A stretch of 36,074 nt of DNA from Catajapyx aquilonaris (taxonomy: Eukaryota). Shown here piece by piece: positions 34,507 to 36,074 of this stretch (the first letter of the stretch is position 1; every line of letters begins with the position of its first letter). The stretch is taken from positions 1-36,074 of the forward strand of contig KZ539391.1 of the NCBI GenBank assembly GCA_000934665.2. The letters run 5' to 3'. The notes below the pieces were generated by a model. That model was not told the DNA's origin, did not search any database, and saw only the letters and a program-made list of their open reading frames with translations. A program made the position numbers and the translations under genes.

Positions 34507-35205
34507 TTTTTTTTTGTTCCACATCCGCACATACATAGTCTAGATCCCCATAGGGTGGTGGAAGGGATTACAATGCGACGAGATTAGTCTCCCCCTGCGT
34601 TAACTCTGACTGTGACAGAACATATACTCTATTAGACCAGAGGCTACGTAGAGCTTACACTACAGTGTGGAGGCTATACTAAGCTTAGTCTTTAGTCAAG
34701 AATTTTCAGTGTTGACAGGCCACTCACCGCGTCCTTTTCGCAAGGGTGGTAGGGACAAGGGGGTGGAGAATGTTTGACCAACAGTACCCATCCACCGCAA
34801 AAGTCTTAACCGGTCTGCCACTAAATTACAGACCCCTGTCTGGACACGGGGACCACTTGCGGTACGCCGGCCTAAGAGCTCTGTTTATCTACCGCCTACT
34901 GATAGGTGGAATTACGGTTGCGGCTAGTGGCACACTAAATTTCTGGACGTCCCAGGAAGCTCGCCTCCCCCCCCCCCCCCACTCCCACCCACAAAACTCA
35001 ACCCTAGTAGATTTACGCCACACGCACAAGGAACGAGTCGTAATTGAAATGGCGATTCAGAATTTGAGTCGACGGGGACGAGGCGGTCCCGAAAGTTATT
35101 GGGACATTAGAAGGGGAGGAGGTGGGGGGGAGGGCAAGGGGGAGGGGGAAAAAAAGAAAAGCCGCTCCTTGTGACACCAGACCCGTGTCTTGGAAACCAA
35201 AAGGT
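34507..35205 (-). mobile_element. Possible 3' UTR of a poly(A)-tailed retroelement
   Basis: A T-run at 34507-34515 marks an abrupt switch to GC-richer sequence. Weak flank similarity CATGAATTTT / CATGCAATTTT. No coding motif recognised. Confidence 0.3.
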
Positions 35206-36074
35206 GTTCATGCAATTTTCATGACGTAATTGAATTCTGCAGAGCAAACGTCGGGATCGGCTCGTGACAATCTAGATTACCACCCCTCCGGAACTTCCTT
35301 GTGGACTCCGGGCGCGTTGAGGCCTTTGTCAGGATGATCGATCCGGACCTTGGGGCATATACACCTTCAATAAATACGGTTGTACATTGACCCACACGTC
35401 GATCGTTTTCGTCAGTTCTTTTTAGAGCGGAAATGTGGATGGAAAATGGAGGCACTTTTTAGGGAGGGAAACTTTGGACAAAAAAAGCATTTTGTTTAAT
35501 TTATAGGACGGTGAAGGAGCAGTGAATTTAGTGCAAGCTACTTTGACAATGCGTCAATACCCCATAGCTACCAATGGGGTTCGGAGTTCATTTCAGAAAG
35601 TGCTGTTTTCATTATCCTGAGAGTCTACATACAAATTCGGTGCCTGGGGTATTAGTGTGATCCTGCGGAAAGTATGACTTAAGAGTCGTACATATCGGAA
35701 ATTCCATTGTTGCACATCATGCTTGTGCTACCAAAATGAAATGACATCTTTTATACCTATTCTTTGGAGAGCTCTGCAATTACCAGAATAGCTTCCTTGC
35801 ATTGTCCAACCCTGTCATGTGTAACATCCACTAAAACTGGCACTAATTAAACTGTATATTCAGGAAACCTTCTTGTGAATAATTGAGTATATGTATATCT
35901 AAAAGGCATGTAAGTGACAATACCTACAATAGTTTTTAGTGTTACTTTTGCAATAAAAAGTTTCAACCTTGACCATGTAGCCCAGTCATTTTAGATTAAA
36001 TTTTGGTCGAACCTTAAAAAAAATCGTGTAAAGCTGGAAATTGGTACAGAGGTACTATTCGACCCCCTGAACAA

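Noticed and set aside
35290..35330. NFLVDSG, resembling a retroviral-type aspartic protease motif
   Set aside because: The next residue is R rather than A or S, stops flank it, and no gag, RT or LTR is nearby; probably chance.

Overview
Eukaryotic, intron-containing and very repeat-rich DNA, probably arthropod (inferred from CCTAA/TTAGG repeats, a TCAGT initiator and an IKEE-type zinc-finger gene). The left end (about 1-4747) is an ISL2EU-type DNA transposon (PIF/Harbinger-related) with two convergent spliced genes: a SWIM + YqaJ/lambda-exonuclease gene on + and a THAP-HTH-DDE transposase on -. The transposase THAP exon, missed by the ORF track, is out of frame at a G9 run. Head-to-head with the transposase is a spliced 8-finger C2H2 gene (4887-8529). 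The rest is a mosaic: MITEs of several superfamilies, two Helitron-like copies, two tRNA-derived SINEs with the same head but different tails, non-LTR retrotransposon fragments (RT, RNase H, R1-type C-terminus), a 2.8-kb foldback element with ~1.2-kb arms and an older inverted duplication. Two apparently intact two-exon orphan genes (18686-20150, 28869-29326) lie among decayed coding-like relics. All calls were made by eye from the sequence; no searches were run.
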